DNA from: Escherichia phage vB-Eco-KMB37 | Strand: one strand, 5' to 3' | DNA length: 64,000 nucleotides | Sequence record: OR525700 | Part shown: piece by piece, positions 29,722-39,414 of the stretch | Position numbering within the stretch: position 1 is the first letter of the stretch | Layout: the number at the start of each line of letters is the position of its first letter | Notes under the pieces: generated by a model | Database searches by the model: none | Seen by the model: the letters and a program-made list of their open reading frames with translations, nothing else | Told to the model about the DNA's origin: nothing | Program-made: the position numbers and the translations under genes

Positions 29722-30669
29722 TTAGAAACAGTGCAGGAAGTTTCGACCATACTGCAAACCAATAGGAGCAAATGGGATATCATCATCGAAATCTTGAACA
29801 ACAGGTTCTGGTTCTTTCGGTGCTGGCTCTTTCTTCTCTACTTTTTTAGTTTCTTTCTTAACTTCTTGTACTGGGGTAGACATTCCACGGATAGCAGCAG
29901 CTACTTTATCAGACAAAGCAAGAACTTCACGAGCAGCTTCAATAATCTCTTCTGCCGTTACAGTTTTACCTGTATGATCACGACAAGCGTTAAGAATTGC
30001 GTGTCCAACTGAAGCACCAAGATCATAGTCAGTCACATCAACGCCACGATCTTTAGCAATTTCTGCTTTCAGAGTAACAGTTGCAGATTGTACCACACCA
30101 GCCAAGTCGAAAGCATCACCTTTCACACCAGCACGTAGAAGCTCCAGAGCGCCGTTTACAGCGTGTCCTGTTTCAATCCCTACGGTATCACGTTTTTTGT
30201 AGTTAGGCTTACTACCTTCGTTATTAGATGGCTTATTTCCACCTTTTGAAGAAGATTGTGCTTGCTGAACACCTTCTGTTGAAAGAATAGTGATTTTACC
30301 TTTAGAGGAATTGTAGTATGTTTTGCCATTCCATTCAGAAGGTTTAACATCCATAGTTAGTTCTACACCTTTTTCGATAGTAACCCACTTATCACCATCT
30401 TTAACTTGCAGGTTTTCATGTTCTGGATGCAGTTTAACTTCACCTAGGCTAACCCAAACACCTTTATCATCAGCACCAGCACCTTTCTCTTTAATAAGCA
30501 GGGATGCTTTGTGAGTTGATTCAATTTTCTTATCTGGCTGACCTGCAACCTTAATATAAGAGACTTTCATTTCATCAAACTTATCTAGTTTGACATATTC
30601 AACGATACCTTCAGCCCAGAATGCTTCTTTTTTAGTACGACGGTCGATTTCAGAATTAATTACTGGCAT
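29722..30669 (-). CDS. putative single-stranded DNA-binding protein with E. coli-type acidic tail motif
   Basis: 315 aa; contains DFDDDIPF (the canonical SSB C-terminal tail) 18 residues before the actual C-terminus, which also ends in Phe; lysine-rich linker before the motif; RBS GAGGAGAA. Confidence 0.45.
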   Translation of the reverse strand: MPVINSEIDRRTKKEAFWAEGIVEYVKLDKFDEMKVSYIKVAGQPDKKIESTHKASLLIKEKGAGADDKGVWVSLGEVKLHPEHENLQVKDGDKWVTIEKGVELTMDVKPSEWNGKTYYNSSKGKITILSTEGVQQAQSSSKGGNKPSNNEGSKPNYKKRDTVGIETGHAVNGALELLRAGVKGDAFDLAGVVQSATVTLKAEIAKDRGVDVTDYDLGASVGHAILNACRDHTGKTVTAEEIIEAAREVLALSDKVAAAIRGMSTPVQEVKKETKKVEKKEPAPKEPEPVVQDFDDDIPFAPIGLQYGRNFLHCF

Positions 30670-30685
30670 AAATTCTCCTCTATAA

Positions 30686-31084
30686 TTACATTACTTTAAC
30701 ACAAAACTCTCGTAAAAGAGTAGCGTCAGTTTCTTCCAACAGGTATTTACCAAGACCAATACCAAATCCTATTTCACCACTTTCAAAATGGAGGATTTGT
30801 ATCTTTTCTCCACCAAGGTTAATTACTTTTGCTTTTCCAGGATTATCCAAAACATCTCGTATTGTATCCTGTAGTAACATAAGTTCACGTTTTGTGATAG
30901 TGGTTTCAGATATCTCTTTGTTTTCTACTCTCACTGTTAAACGGTTGTATCCACCAAAGAGACATAGTATTTGAATAAAAAAGGTATTATCTTGAGGTTC
31001 AACATCTTTTTTAGTTAGCTCAAGACGATTAGTTTCTCTACTGTAGAACGTCTCGACTAAGATTTTAGAACGATTATCTGTCAT
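30686..31084 (-). CDS. hypothetical protein
   Basis: 132 aa ORF in the replication arm; no motif recognised. Confidence 0.4.
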   Translation of the reverse strand: MTDNRSKILVETFYSRETNRLELTKKDVEPQDNTFFIQILCLFGGYNRLTVRVENKEISETTITKRELMLLQDTIRDVLDNPGKAKVINLGGEKIQILHFESGEIGFGIGLGKYLLEETDATLLREFCVKVM

Positions 31085-31127
31085 TCAAGTCCTCATAATA
31101 ACACACAATTATAATGTTTGTCAACAC

Positions 31128-31742
31128 TTAAATTTTAAATTCTTCACTGTTAAATGAATCCAGTGTACGTACTTCTGGTTCTTTGGGAATGAAAACGTCT
31201 TTTACAAAGCGGAACATGGGGAAACGTTCTGCCATTTTACGGACGTGTGCTTCTTTACCTGTGTATCGGTGATTAATAGTACAAATATTAGTTTTCAGTG
31301 CAAATTCAAAATCTGGATGATATACATAATTTTGACCATCCCAGTAACACAAGCAAATAGCTACATCAAAGTTCCATACGATTTCACTGCGTACACCTTC
31401 TTCCATAATCATAAAGTTAAACTTAAGATCTTTATAGTATGCTTCAAATACCCATTTCAAATGTGGTAGTTCGGCATAAGTGTGTTCTGTTTGCTTAGTA
31501 AGTTGTTTAACATTACGTGCACCAACACCCAACATCAAAAATTTCTCTACTAATACGAGTGTATTGTGGTTAGGCATACGCAAGTAAATGTCAATATCTT
31601 GTGCAGGTTTCTCTAATCGCCAATCACGTACAGCGCCGCCAGCGACAATTGCAAACGGATCTACCAGTTGGCACATACGTAATACTTCTAAAGCTCGTAC
31701 TTTTTGATCTTCAATATTCATATTTTCTCCTATCGTTTCCAC
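31128..31742 (-). CDS. nucleotidyltransferase, CCA-adding / poly(A) polymerase head-domain family
   Basis: 204 aa; GGAVRD motif followed by DIDIY (G-G-x-V-R-D ... D-x-D catalytic signature of the Pol-beta-like tRNA nucleotidyltransferase family). Confidence 0.55.
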   Translation of the reverse strand: METIGENMNIEDQKVRALEVLRMCQLVDPFAIVAGGAVRDWRLEKPAQDIDIYLRMPNHNTLVLVEKFLMLGVGARNVKQLTKQTEHTYAELPHLKWVFEAYYKDLKFNFMIMEEGVRSEIVWNFDVAICLCYWDGQNYVYHPDFEFALKTNICTINHRYTGKEAHVRKMAERFPMFRFVKDVFIPKEPEVRTLDSFNSEEFKI

Positions 31743-32326
31743 TCTTTGTGTTGTTCTACATGCTCAAGCATTTCATTATATAGTGCTTTAAGATGTGGAA
31801 CAACTCTTTCATCTTCAGTTTCAAAGAATTTTGTAAGCTGTTCTGCCTTAGCTTTCAACCAGCAAAGATGCGCTTCAATTTCAGTATTAAAACGTCCCAG
31901 CGTTATAACACGTCCATCACGTTGAATATGGGCTTTATACTTTTTACGATCTTTTTCGTAACTACAGCCTACCATAGTTCCATGAGATCTTTTACTTACT
32001 CTATAAGCTAAGAACTTGTTAAGATCTCCTGTTACTAAAAGACAGGTATCGGGAGAGTAAACCCTCCCTCCTATAATATCTTTATCAAGTTCTAAGTTTT
32101 CCCAGTTATCCCAAGTTTGTAACCAGGAGTAGAAATTGGAGAACAACTTCCATTCTTCGCAAACCGTCACCCCATTATAACAAGGATCACGTTCTTGTTG
32201 ACAAGGGGAGTAACACCTCCCCAACATAGCCATCCATTTCATATAATGAGGTGTTAGTTTCCTACTGCCAGGTAGTGTACTTTCACCTTCCAAATCATTA
32301 ATACCTTCACCATATACTGTAAGCAT
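31730..32326 (-). CDS. AP2-domain DNA-binding protein (homing-endonuclease-associated type)
   Basis: 198 aa; N-terminal W/C-rich motif (YMKWMAMLGRCYSPCQQERDPCYNGVTVCEEWKLFSNF) and C-terminal AP2-like segment (YKAHIQRDGRVITLGRFNTEIEAHLCWLKAKA); adjacent to DNA polymerase. Confidence 0.4.
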   Translation of the reverse strand: MLTVYGEGINDLEGESTLPGSRKLTPHYMKWMAMLGRCYSPCQQERDPCYNGVTVCEEWKLFSNFYSWLQTWDNWENLELDKDIIGGRVYSPDTCLLVTGDLNKFLAYRVSKRSHGTMVGCSYEKDRKKYKAHIQRDGRVITLGRFNTEIEAHLCWLKAKAEQLTKFFETEDERVVPHLKALYNEMLEHVEQHKEWKR

Positions 32327-32353
32327 AAAAACTCCTTTAAAATCAAAGAGATG

Positions 32354-34933
32354 TCAGTGACAAGACGCCCATGAGTTACCAACATCGTAACCAGCAGTGA
32401 GAGGTACATTAAGATTGTAATACTCACCAGCTTTATTAACAGCGATAGATGCTAATTCTCCAGCACGACTATAGGCTGTAAACCAACCACCTTTTGGAGA
32501 TTCATGTACGTTAGCCCAAATCTTGCCAGTACGTTTCTCTTCCTCTTCTTTCCAGGCATTAACTTTATCCAAACATTCTTTATCAATTTTCTTTTGTTCT
32601 TCTGGATCATCAACTTGAGTCCAACCTAAAGATTCTTTAGAGAACCATTTAAAATGCACCAGATCACGAGTTACTTCAAGCTGTGCTTCATCGTGATATG
32701 CAATCATTTGTTGAACGAATGACTTATTTTTCCAGTCATCAACAAAAAAGTCAACAGCTAATCCTTCTTCTTCGATAAGATCGTCGTAGATAACCATTGC
32801 TCTTTTTGCACAAATAACACCACCACTCTGGAACAGAGAGTTAAGTATTGCGTGTGCAGATCGTGTAGGTACTTTTCTACCATCAATACCAAGAATGTAT
32901 TTCTTACCTGTTTTAACCCAAAAATCATGCAGACGTTCTTTAAGAAGCGCAAGAGGTTTTGCAGCTTCCCAGAAAGCATCGTATACAAGCTGTCCTGTAT
33001 ACATATCACTACCTATAGTTTTTGCTACTTTTGCAGCTTGAGCACCATAAGTAATACCATACTTAACAGATTTAGCAGGGCTTCGTTCAAACTTACGACC
33101 AATAGTGTCAGAAATACGTCGAGCCATCATTGTATGAACATCATTAGGTTTTTCCAATAATAGAGCATTACAATACTCGTGTGGTTCCTGCTCGTACCGC
33201 CAACAGTAGTGTGATTCTATTTTTGCCTCAAGAGAATCAAAGTCATAACCAATTTGGAAGTATTTTGGAACTTCTACACCAAATAAGTTACGCATTTCAT
33301 ATCCGTACAGAGATGTTACACGTGGGATATTTGCTACTAACCTATGTTTCATACGAGACGTAGCTGCATCACACGTTGCAGCAGGGGTTGGTATACGACC
33401 ATCAGCCCTTACTGCCGCCAGATAACCTTTATCGTAATCCTCTTCATCTTCTTCCCAATCCGCACCACCGCCTAGGATAGAGTTTCTACGATGTTTATAC
33501 GTAAGATATTGCACAATCTGCGTAGCATAAGGAAACTTTTCACCCAGTGCTTCCAAGTTAGGACAAATATCTTTCTCTTGCCCTTTTGTAAAGGAAGGGT
33601 TAGTAAGCACTTTAACACCACGACCTTTAGCCTTAGCAATACGATCTCTTAGTTTCCATTCCAAAGTTTCTGGTGTGCACTCCAGATGATCACATCTGTC
33701 CTGACAGAAGTTAGATGCTAATGTTTGATCAACATAGTCACGAATAGCTTTCTCCATTTGTGCTTCATCTTTCTTAATCTTAGTGCCAGATTTAAGAGTG
33801 ATATCTTTATCTTTGTATTCAGATGGACTCCAACCTAAACCAACTAACCAATTTTTAATATGTGTAGTGTCGTCTAAAGTAGCAGGTACTGTAGGATCAC
33901 AAATAGGTTCTTCTGCTGGAATAGGGAGTTTAAACTCTTTACCTAATGCAAATAACCACCAACCATCTTCTTTTTGTACAAGTTCGCCAGAATGTTTCTC
34001 TGCAAACTTTATCATGTTACTTGAAGGTTCACCATTCTTTTTAAACTGTAGTTTAGGTGGAATGAATGATTTCAAATAACCTTTAGTAGCAGGTTTGGGA
34101 GGTAGTACAGGTTCTGCCTCTAAACGACATGCTTCCATTCGAGCATCCAGATCACGAATATTATCTTCTGCTTGTTTCATATTGAAAGCAAAGCCACGGT
34201 GCTCTTGACGTGTAATAATATCCGCTACACGTTGTTCTAAGTTAAATGGTTCAGACCACTTATTATAATCACCCCACTCTTCCATCAAATAACGGAACAC
34301 TGCGGTGTTAGCTTTGTTATCGTAAATACAGTAATACAGCATATCTGCTGCAAATGTTTTAAATCTTTCAGTTTCAGGGATGTTTTTTCTAAAATCAATT
34401 TTAACATCCCCTCCAGCTTTCTTAGATAACTCTGCCAGACTATGACCACCGAAGCGATCAGGGTTTAGTGTCTTACTTAAGATCATAGTATCACAAATTT
34501 CAATGTTACTATTACCCCAAGTATTGTACTTAATACTGTAGTTGAGTTTAAAAAATAATTTAATTGCTAGTAAGTCAAAGTTAATGATGTTATGTCCAAC
34601 TACTTTGGTAATTTTATAGTTTGAATTACCTTTAAATTTACCTGTTCCATTTACAAAATCAGGAAAATCTTTAAGAGGGAAATGGGTATATTCTAAATGC
34701 TCATATTCCTCCAGTCGGTATTCATACTTTCCGTCAGTCTCAACATACGGACGACCATCGAAAAGATATTTATCACCATCATGGAAAGCAATAATCTCTC
34801 CAGTATCATGACTTTCGCACACAATACAGTGCATTGCAAAACTATCTTTTAAACGATATGGACTTGCCAAGTAATCTACACTTTCGTCATTAAGCAAGTT
34901 GTTACTTTCAATGTCGAAAGTAAAAGCTCCCAT
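32354..34933 (-). CDS. DNA polymerase, family A, with 3-prime-5-prime exonuclease domain
   Basis: 859 aa; Exo I-like FDIES near N-terminus, motif B-like KSVKYGITYGA, motif C-like YHDEAQ; RBS AAGGAGGGAG. Confidence 0.8.
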   Translation of the reverse strand: MGAFTFDIESNNLLNDESVDYLASPYRLKDSFAMHCIVCESHDTGEIIAFHDGDKYLFDGRPYVETDGKYEYRLEEYEHLEYTHFPLKDFPDFVNGTGKFKGNSNYKITKVVGHNIINFDLLAIKLFFKLNYSIKYNTWGNSNIEICDTMILSKTLNPDRFGGHSLAELSKKAGGDVKIDFRKNIPETERFKTFAADMLYYCIYDNKANTAVFRYLMEEWGDYNKWSEPFNLEQRVADIITRQEHRGFAFNMKQAEDNIRDLDARMEACRLEAEPVLPPKPATKGYLKSFIPPKLQFKKNGEPSSNMIKFAEKHSGELVQKEDGWWLFALGKEFKLPIPAEEPICDPTVPATLDDTTHIKNWLVGLGWSPSEYKDKDITLKSGTKIKKDEAQMEKAIRDYVDQTLASNFCQDRCDHLECTPETLEWKLRDRIAKAKGRGVKVLTNPSFTKGQEKDICPNLEALGEKFPYATQIVQYLTYKHRRNSILGGGADWEEDEEDYDKGYLAAVRADGRIPTPAATCDAATSRMKHRLVANIPRVTSLYGYEMRNLFGVEVPKYFQIGYDFDSLEAKIESHYCWRYEQEPHEYCNALLLEKPNDVHTMMARRISDTIGRKFERSPAKSVKYGITYGAQAAKVAKTIGSDMYTGQLVYDAFWEAAKPLALLKERLHDFWVKTGKKYILGIDGRKVPTRSAHAILNSLFQSGGVICAKRAMVIYDDLIEEEGLAVDFFVDDWKNKSFVQQMIAYHDEAQLEVTRDLVHFKWFSKESLGWTQVDDPEEQKKIDKECLDKVNAWKEEEEKRTGKIWANVHESPKGGWFTAYSRAGELASIAVNKAGEYYNLNVPLTAGYDVGNSWASCH

Positions 34934-35001
34934 TCTCCCTCCTTAAAATATTTCTAAAGTCTTAATTTGTTAATACTGTACCACAAATTAATTGTTTTGT
35001 A

Positions 35002-35019
35002 AAGGGGCTTTCGCCCCTT
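35002..35019 (-). terminator. GC-rich hairpin (candidate terminator)
   Basis: AAGGGGC-TTTC-GCCCCTT; on the minus strand the loop reads GAAA; flanking U-tract is weak. Confidence 0.45.
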
Positions 35020-35023
35020 CTTG

Positions 35024-35419
35024 TTATTTATTGTCAGCACTTAGTTGTACTTTAATAAGGCAATTAGGGACACCATTGGTATTTCTCAAGCCTACACGTT
35101 CAATTTTAACAGTGCCTGTCAAACCATTAAAAGTGGAAACAATGTTATTAATGTTTTCATCCTTACTAGTGATATCAAGAATAACTTTATCACTGACATT
35201 TTTCAACATACGATCTACAAGCTCTCCCACAAAACCACTGGTAGTTTGAATGAGAAGGTATAGACAACCATCCTCAAACCATAAATGTTCACCATAAGCA
35301 TAACCGTATGGTTCTAATTCTGATCCGTCTTGAAATTTAAACTTAGCAATAGTTTTCGTGTAATCATACGCTAAAGCAGAAGGGCATACCCCATAGAGGA
35401 TGTTTTCATTGTCTTTCAT
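35024..35419 (-). CDS. hypothetical protein
   Basis: Trimmed from ORF 35024-35548 to the internal ATG at 35419, which has an AAGGAG RBS and lies just after the upstream gene end (35430). Confidence 0.45.
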   Translation of the reverse strand: MKDNENILYGVCPSALAYDYTKTIAKFKFQDGSELEPYGYAYGEHLWFEDGCLYLLIQTTSGFVGELVDRMLKNVSDKVILDITSKDENINNIVSTFNGLTGTVKIERVGLRNTNGVPNCLIKVQLSADNK

Positions 35420-35429
35420 ATTTTTCTCC

Positions 35430-37202
35430 TTAATAAGAACCAGCAGAAATATTTTCTGGGTTACTTGTGTATTGATCGTAATCGTGAAGTGTAGCTGTTT
35501 TAATCTCATAGAAGAAACTACCTGCTGCACCAGTCTCTGAGAACTCACGGTTCTTTAGAATGTAGCAATATGTGCGGTTACGTTCCATAGGATCTTCAGC
35601 TTGTTTATCACGCTCCAGCGCAATTGTGATACCAGCACCTTTAGCAAGGAAGCTACTACCCATTGCATCATCTTCTACAATATGTTCATTACTATTGTTA
35701 GAAGACTTTTTAACGTGTGAAATTACAACAATGGTTATTGCGTACTCTTTCATAATGCGTTTCAGCCACGTCGCAAGTTCCTCTTGTTGTGACACGTCCA
35801 TACCAGAAAGCAAGTCAGAATAAGGGTCGATAACAAGAATGGTTACTCCGAAATAAATAATCATTTCCAGAACCTTCTCTTTAATCACATCTACGTTAGC
35901 TCCACGATCATCACAAACATAGAAACGTGGTGTTCCATCTTCTCGTTCGTAAAAATCACGAATCTTTTCTTCATTATCTTTTAAAATCTTTTCCTTCTCT
36001 TCTTTCGTTTTACGGTGAAGAGGGATATGCAAGAATGAAGACAGTAAGTTACGAGAATACTTCTTATACGTTGCCTCCAAAGATAAAATACCAAGAGTAT
36101 GTTCTGGGTGTGCAAGAATAATGTGTTTCGTAATCTCGTTAACCAACAGTGTCTTACCGATACTTGTTTTTGCAAGTATAACAGTAATTTCTTCTTCTAC
36201 CAAGCCTCCACCTAACATATTAGAAGCAACACGCATGAATGGAGGAAGGGTGATCATTTTAGCTTCCAGGCATTCCAAGGCTGCTTCATACAGTACGTTA
36301 GAAGCATAAACACCAGCAGGTGTGTACAGTTTAGCTTTGAAAAAGCGATCAATAAAATGATCAATTTTTCCTTCTACTAGTGCCTGGTTAGGATCTTTAA
36401 CATCCGTTAGTTCCATCACGTAAACTTTATTACGTGGTAAGATTTTAACACATTTCTCAACTGCTGCACGTCCAGCTTCATCATTATCCATACATAGAAC
36501 AATCTTTTTAAATTGATCTAAGAATTTATAACGATGTTGAAGCTGCTTATGCAGAGATGTTTCGCCACAAGTACCAGATACTACAGCAGGAACAGGATAT
36601 TTACCACCCTTGTTATAATCTTTTAGCATCTGTGTTGCAGCCAGCATATCGTGTTCACCACCAACGATTAGAATAGTACCGCTGTGGTTACGATATTTAA
36701 ACTCCCCAAAAAGATCACAATCCTTTCCTGTTTCACCGATAGGATGTGAGAAATCTTTTGGATCGATACGTTGTTTATACCCAGCAATATTGTAATCTTT
36801 AGTTGTAGGGTACAGTGTTGAAATTACTTCGCCAGTAGCTTCATCGTACATATAACGTACACCGAAAGGCTTAGAGATATCTTCACGAATACCGCGATAA
36901 CCTTTTGGATTAGTTCCAGTGCTGGCTTTTAGTTTATCATGTACTTCTGGATTAAACTCACTACCCAAGATATCCTCCTCTTCAATTTCTTCGCCGTGTG
37001 CATTTAACCATTTTTGATCAGGGATAGTAAAGCCACAAGAAAAACAATGTGCGCCTCGATGGTCTTCATCGGCATCTAAGCCATATACCATCAAATTGTT
37101 TTGTGATCGATCACGCCCTCCTTTCATACAACGAGGACACCCAGTATGTCCTTCTTGACTTAGATCAATGTTATACCCATATTTATTTACAACATAAGAC
37201 AC
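35430..37202 (-). CDS. DNA primase-helicase (zinc-finger/TOPRIM primase fused to DnaB-like helicase)
   Basis: 590 aa; N-terminal CPRC...CFSC zinc motif, TOPRIM-like region (IVGGEHDMLAA, CMDNDEAG), Walker A (AKTSIGKT) in C-terminal half; GTG start with AGGAG RBS. Confidence 0.75.
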   Translation of the reverse strand: MSYVVNKYGYNIDLSQEGHTGCPRCMKGGRDRSQNNLMVYGLDADEDHRGAHCFSCGFTIPDQKWLNAHGEEIEEEDILGSEFNPEVHDKLKASTGTNPKGYRGIREDISKPFGVRYMYDEATGEVISTLYPTTKDYNIAGYKQRIDPKDFSHPIGETGKDCDLFGEFKYRNHSGTILIVGGEHDMLAATQMLKDYNKGGKYPVPAVVSGTCGETSLHKQLQHRYKFLDQFKKIVLCMDNDEAGRAAVEKCVKILPRNKVYVMELTDVKDPNQALVEGKIDHFIDRFFKAKLYTPAGVYASNVLYEAALECLEAKMITLPPFMRVASNMLGGGLVEEEITVILAKTSIGKTLLVNEITKHIILAHPEHTLGILSLEATYKKYSRNLLSSFLHIPLHRKTKEEKEKILKDNEEKIRDFYEREDGTPRFYVCDDRGANVDVIKEKVLEMIIYFGVTILVIDPYSDLLSGMDVSQQEELATWLKRIMKEYAITIVVISHVKKSSNNSNEHIVEDDAMGSSFLAKGAGITIALERDKQAEDPMERNRTYCYILKNREFSETGAAGSFFYEIKTATLHDYDQYTSNPENISAGSY

Positions 37203-37214
37203 ATGATTCTCCTA

Positions 37215-37484
37215 CTAAAATGATTCGTTTGTCTCCATAATATATTGCATTTCCAAATCTTCCATATGTTTCTTAAATTGGTAAACAATTTCCGATGGGG
37301 AAATATCTATATCAAAAAGTTCTTTTGTACCAGAATAAAATCTAATACCATCAACAATAAGACCACCATAATAATCCCAATCACTTTCTCGTGAGAAAGG
37401 GTTAGGTTCTTCATAATAGTAATCTACTTCAACAATAATAGGTTCTTTATTATCTTGTTTATACTCAAAATCAAAAGTGTTCAT
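37215..37484 (-). CDS. hypothetical protein
   Basis: 89 aa acidic protein; translationally coupled to the downstream glycosyltransferase gene. Confidence 0.4.
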   Translation of the reverse strand: MNTFDFEYKQDNKEPIIVEVDYYYEEPNPFSRESDWDYYGGLIVDGIRFYSGTKELFDIDISPSEIVYQFKKHMEDLEMQYIMETNESF

Positions 37485-38428
37485 TATAAATCCTCGATAA
37501 GCAGTCTGCGGGTTTCATTTAAATCATCAATATTGTAGTTATCTCTTACATACTTAGCAAGAGCCAATCCTTTCTCAATACAAACATCAGGAGATTCGAT
37601 TAAGTATTCTACAATATCTTTCCACTCTTTAACTGAATCAGCAAAGAAGATTAGATCTTTAAATTCTTCAGTATAGTAGTTCTCTCGTGGTGAACAAACA
37701 AGTGGCAAACCTTTAGCACCAGCTTCAAGAATTTTTAAATTACTTTTGGCATTATTAAAATGATTATTTACTAACGGAGCTATGGAGATTTGATGACCAT
37801 CGTATGCTTCCATATAACACTCATAAGGACGAATACCTTCATAAACACAATCTGGTTGAATATCTTCTTTAATTTGCAACCATTGAGCACTACTTAACTC
37901 TTCGTGATCTCTACGAAATCCACATAAAGTTAAATCTTTACCAAAATCAGGAAGAATTGCTAAATCATGTTTATGTGTTTCACTTCCCGCCCAAACCAGT
38001 GGACTTTTAGAATAACGGTCTTTCGTAAGAACAAACTGTCCTTCATCAAAAGGTAATCCGTTAGGCACAATATGTACATTATCATTGTATTGGCTTAATT
38101 CAACCTTTAATGCCGGAGTTGTTGTAGTTACAAGATCGCTTCTTTCAAGGAACCATTTTAGGTCATCTCGGATTTGATTTTCAAATAGTCCTTCAAGCAT
38201 ATGCCCTTCAGGAATAATTAAAGAATCATCCAGATCCATTACCAATTTAAACCCAAGTTGTTTAAGAGCCAGGAAACCTGGCTTTCCACGTGTTGGTACT
38301 CCATTGAACACAAAAATATTATGCTTAGGATTAATGGTCAGTTTGCGTTTATATGGCAAAATGATCCTATGAAAATCACATACACTATACTTTTCATTTC
38401 CGCGTGTGTCAAGAATAATATTAGGCAT
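37484..38428 (-). CDS. glycosyltransferase, GT-B fold (paralogue 1)
   Basis: 314 aa; C-terminal motif SNLKILEAGAKGLPLVCSP resembles the GT-B (GT1/GT4-like) nucleotide-sugar binding region; clear paralogue of the next gene; RBS AAGGAG. Confidence 0.5.
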   Translation of the reverse strand: MPNIILDTRGNEKYSVCDFHRIILPYKRKLTINPKHNIFVFNGVPTRGKPGFLALKQLGFKLVMDLDDSLIIPEGHMLEGLFENQIRDDLKWFLERSDLVTTTTPALKVELSQYNDNVHIVPNGLPFDEGQFVLTKDRYSKSPLVWAGSETHKHDLAILPDFGKDLTLCGFRRDHEELSSAQWLQIKEDIQPDCVYEGIRPYECYMEAYDGHQISIAPLVNNHFNNAKSNLKILEAGAKGLPLVCSPRENYYTEEFKDLIFFADSVKEWKDIVEYLIESPDVCIEKGLALAKYVRDNYNIDDLNETRRLLIEDL

Positions 38429-38439
38429 ATAACTCCTTG

Positions 38440-39414
38440 TTAAAGACTTTCAATAACTTGACGACGCAGTTCATTGGCATCTGCAAGATTATAATTAAGA
38501 CGAACGTGTTCTGCAAGCATCATACCACGATCTTCTGTGTATCTAGGGTTCCTCATTAGCTTGACAACTTCATAATGCCAAGATGCTTTAGAATCTGCAT
38601 AGATAACAGCCTTTGCATCTACCGGATTGAAGTACGGCAGCACAGGAGAACAGATAATAGGAAGACCCTTTGCACCTGCTTCCAAAATCTTCAAATTGCT
38701 TTTACAGTTGTTGAAGTCATTATCTACCAGGGGAGCAATTGCAATACTGTGACCGTCATACACAGACATATACTCACCTAAATTTTTAATAGCTGGTTTA
38801 TACTGTGCATTTGGAATTTTACGTTTTATTTTAACCCACTCCGCAGTAGTTAGATACTGACTGTTATTTCCAACAGGTGCAGAAGGATACACTTCATACC
38901 CTGCAATTGTCAATAGTGTATCATCAAATGTATTAGCTACAAGAGATAAATCAGGCTCGTGGCTTGCTCCTCCAGCCCAGATAATAGGCGTGTCAGAATT
39001 ACGGTCTTTTGTCAAAGTAAATTGACCTTCGTCGTAAGGTAGTGCGTTTCTAATTACGACAACATTACGGTTTAAATGACGAATTTTGTAAGCTAGGTAT
39101 TCTGTTGTTACAGTAACAACATCTGCTAACTTAACCATCTCTACAATAGTCTTTGAATGATTAGTAAATACGCCAGCCATATAATGTTCAGGATTAAGTG
39201 AATAAAAGTCATCTAAATCAACAATAATCTTAACACCTTGTGCTTTCAGACGTTTAACCTCATCTGATCCACGAGAATACACTCTATTAAAAACTAAAAC
39301 GTCTTTCTTAGGCTTAAACGTATTTCCCGCAAATGGCATTACAATACGATGGTAATCACAACCACTGCCTAACTTATTATCACACTTAAGTACAGGAGTA
39401 TTAGGATTTACCAT
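38440..39414 (-). CDS. glycosyltransferase, GT-B fold (paralogue 2)
   Basis: Start trimmed to ATG at 39414 (GAGGAGG RBS); shares blocks with paralogue 1 (YDEGQFTLTKDR, SNLKILEAGAKGLPIICSP). Confidence 0.5.
   Translation of the reverse strand: MVNPNTPVLKCDNKLGSGCDYHRIVMPFAGNTFKPKKDVLVFNRVYSRGSDEVKRLKAQGVKIIVDLDDFYSLNPEHYMAGVFTNHSKTIVEMVKLADVVTVTTEYLAYKIRHLNRNVVVIRNALPYDEGQFTLTKDRNSDTPIIWAGGASHEPDLSLVANTFDDTLLTIAGYEVYPSAPVGNNSQYLTTAEWVKIKRKIPNAQYKPAIKNLGEYMSVYDGHSIAIAPLVDNDFNNCKSNLKILEAGAKGLPIICSPVLPYFNPVDAKAVIYADSKASWHYEVVKLMRNPRYTEDRGMMLAEHVRLNYNLADANELRRQVIESL

Noticed and set aside
34945-34973. Possible promoter TTAACA-17-TATTTT upstream of the DNA polymerase gene
   Set aside because: The predicted transcription start would fall on or past the polymerase RBS, so the spacing is implausible.
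35420-35548. N-terminal 43-residue extension of ORF 35024-35548
   Set aside because: The extension overlaps the 3-prime end of the primase-helicase gene; the internal ATG at 35419 has a strong RBS.
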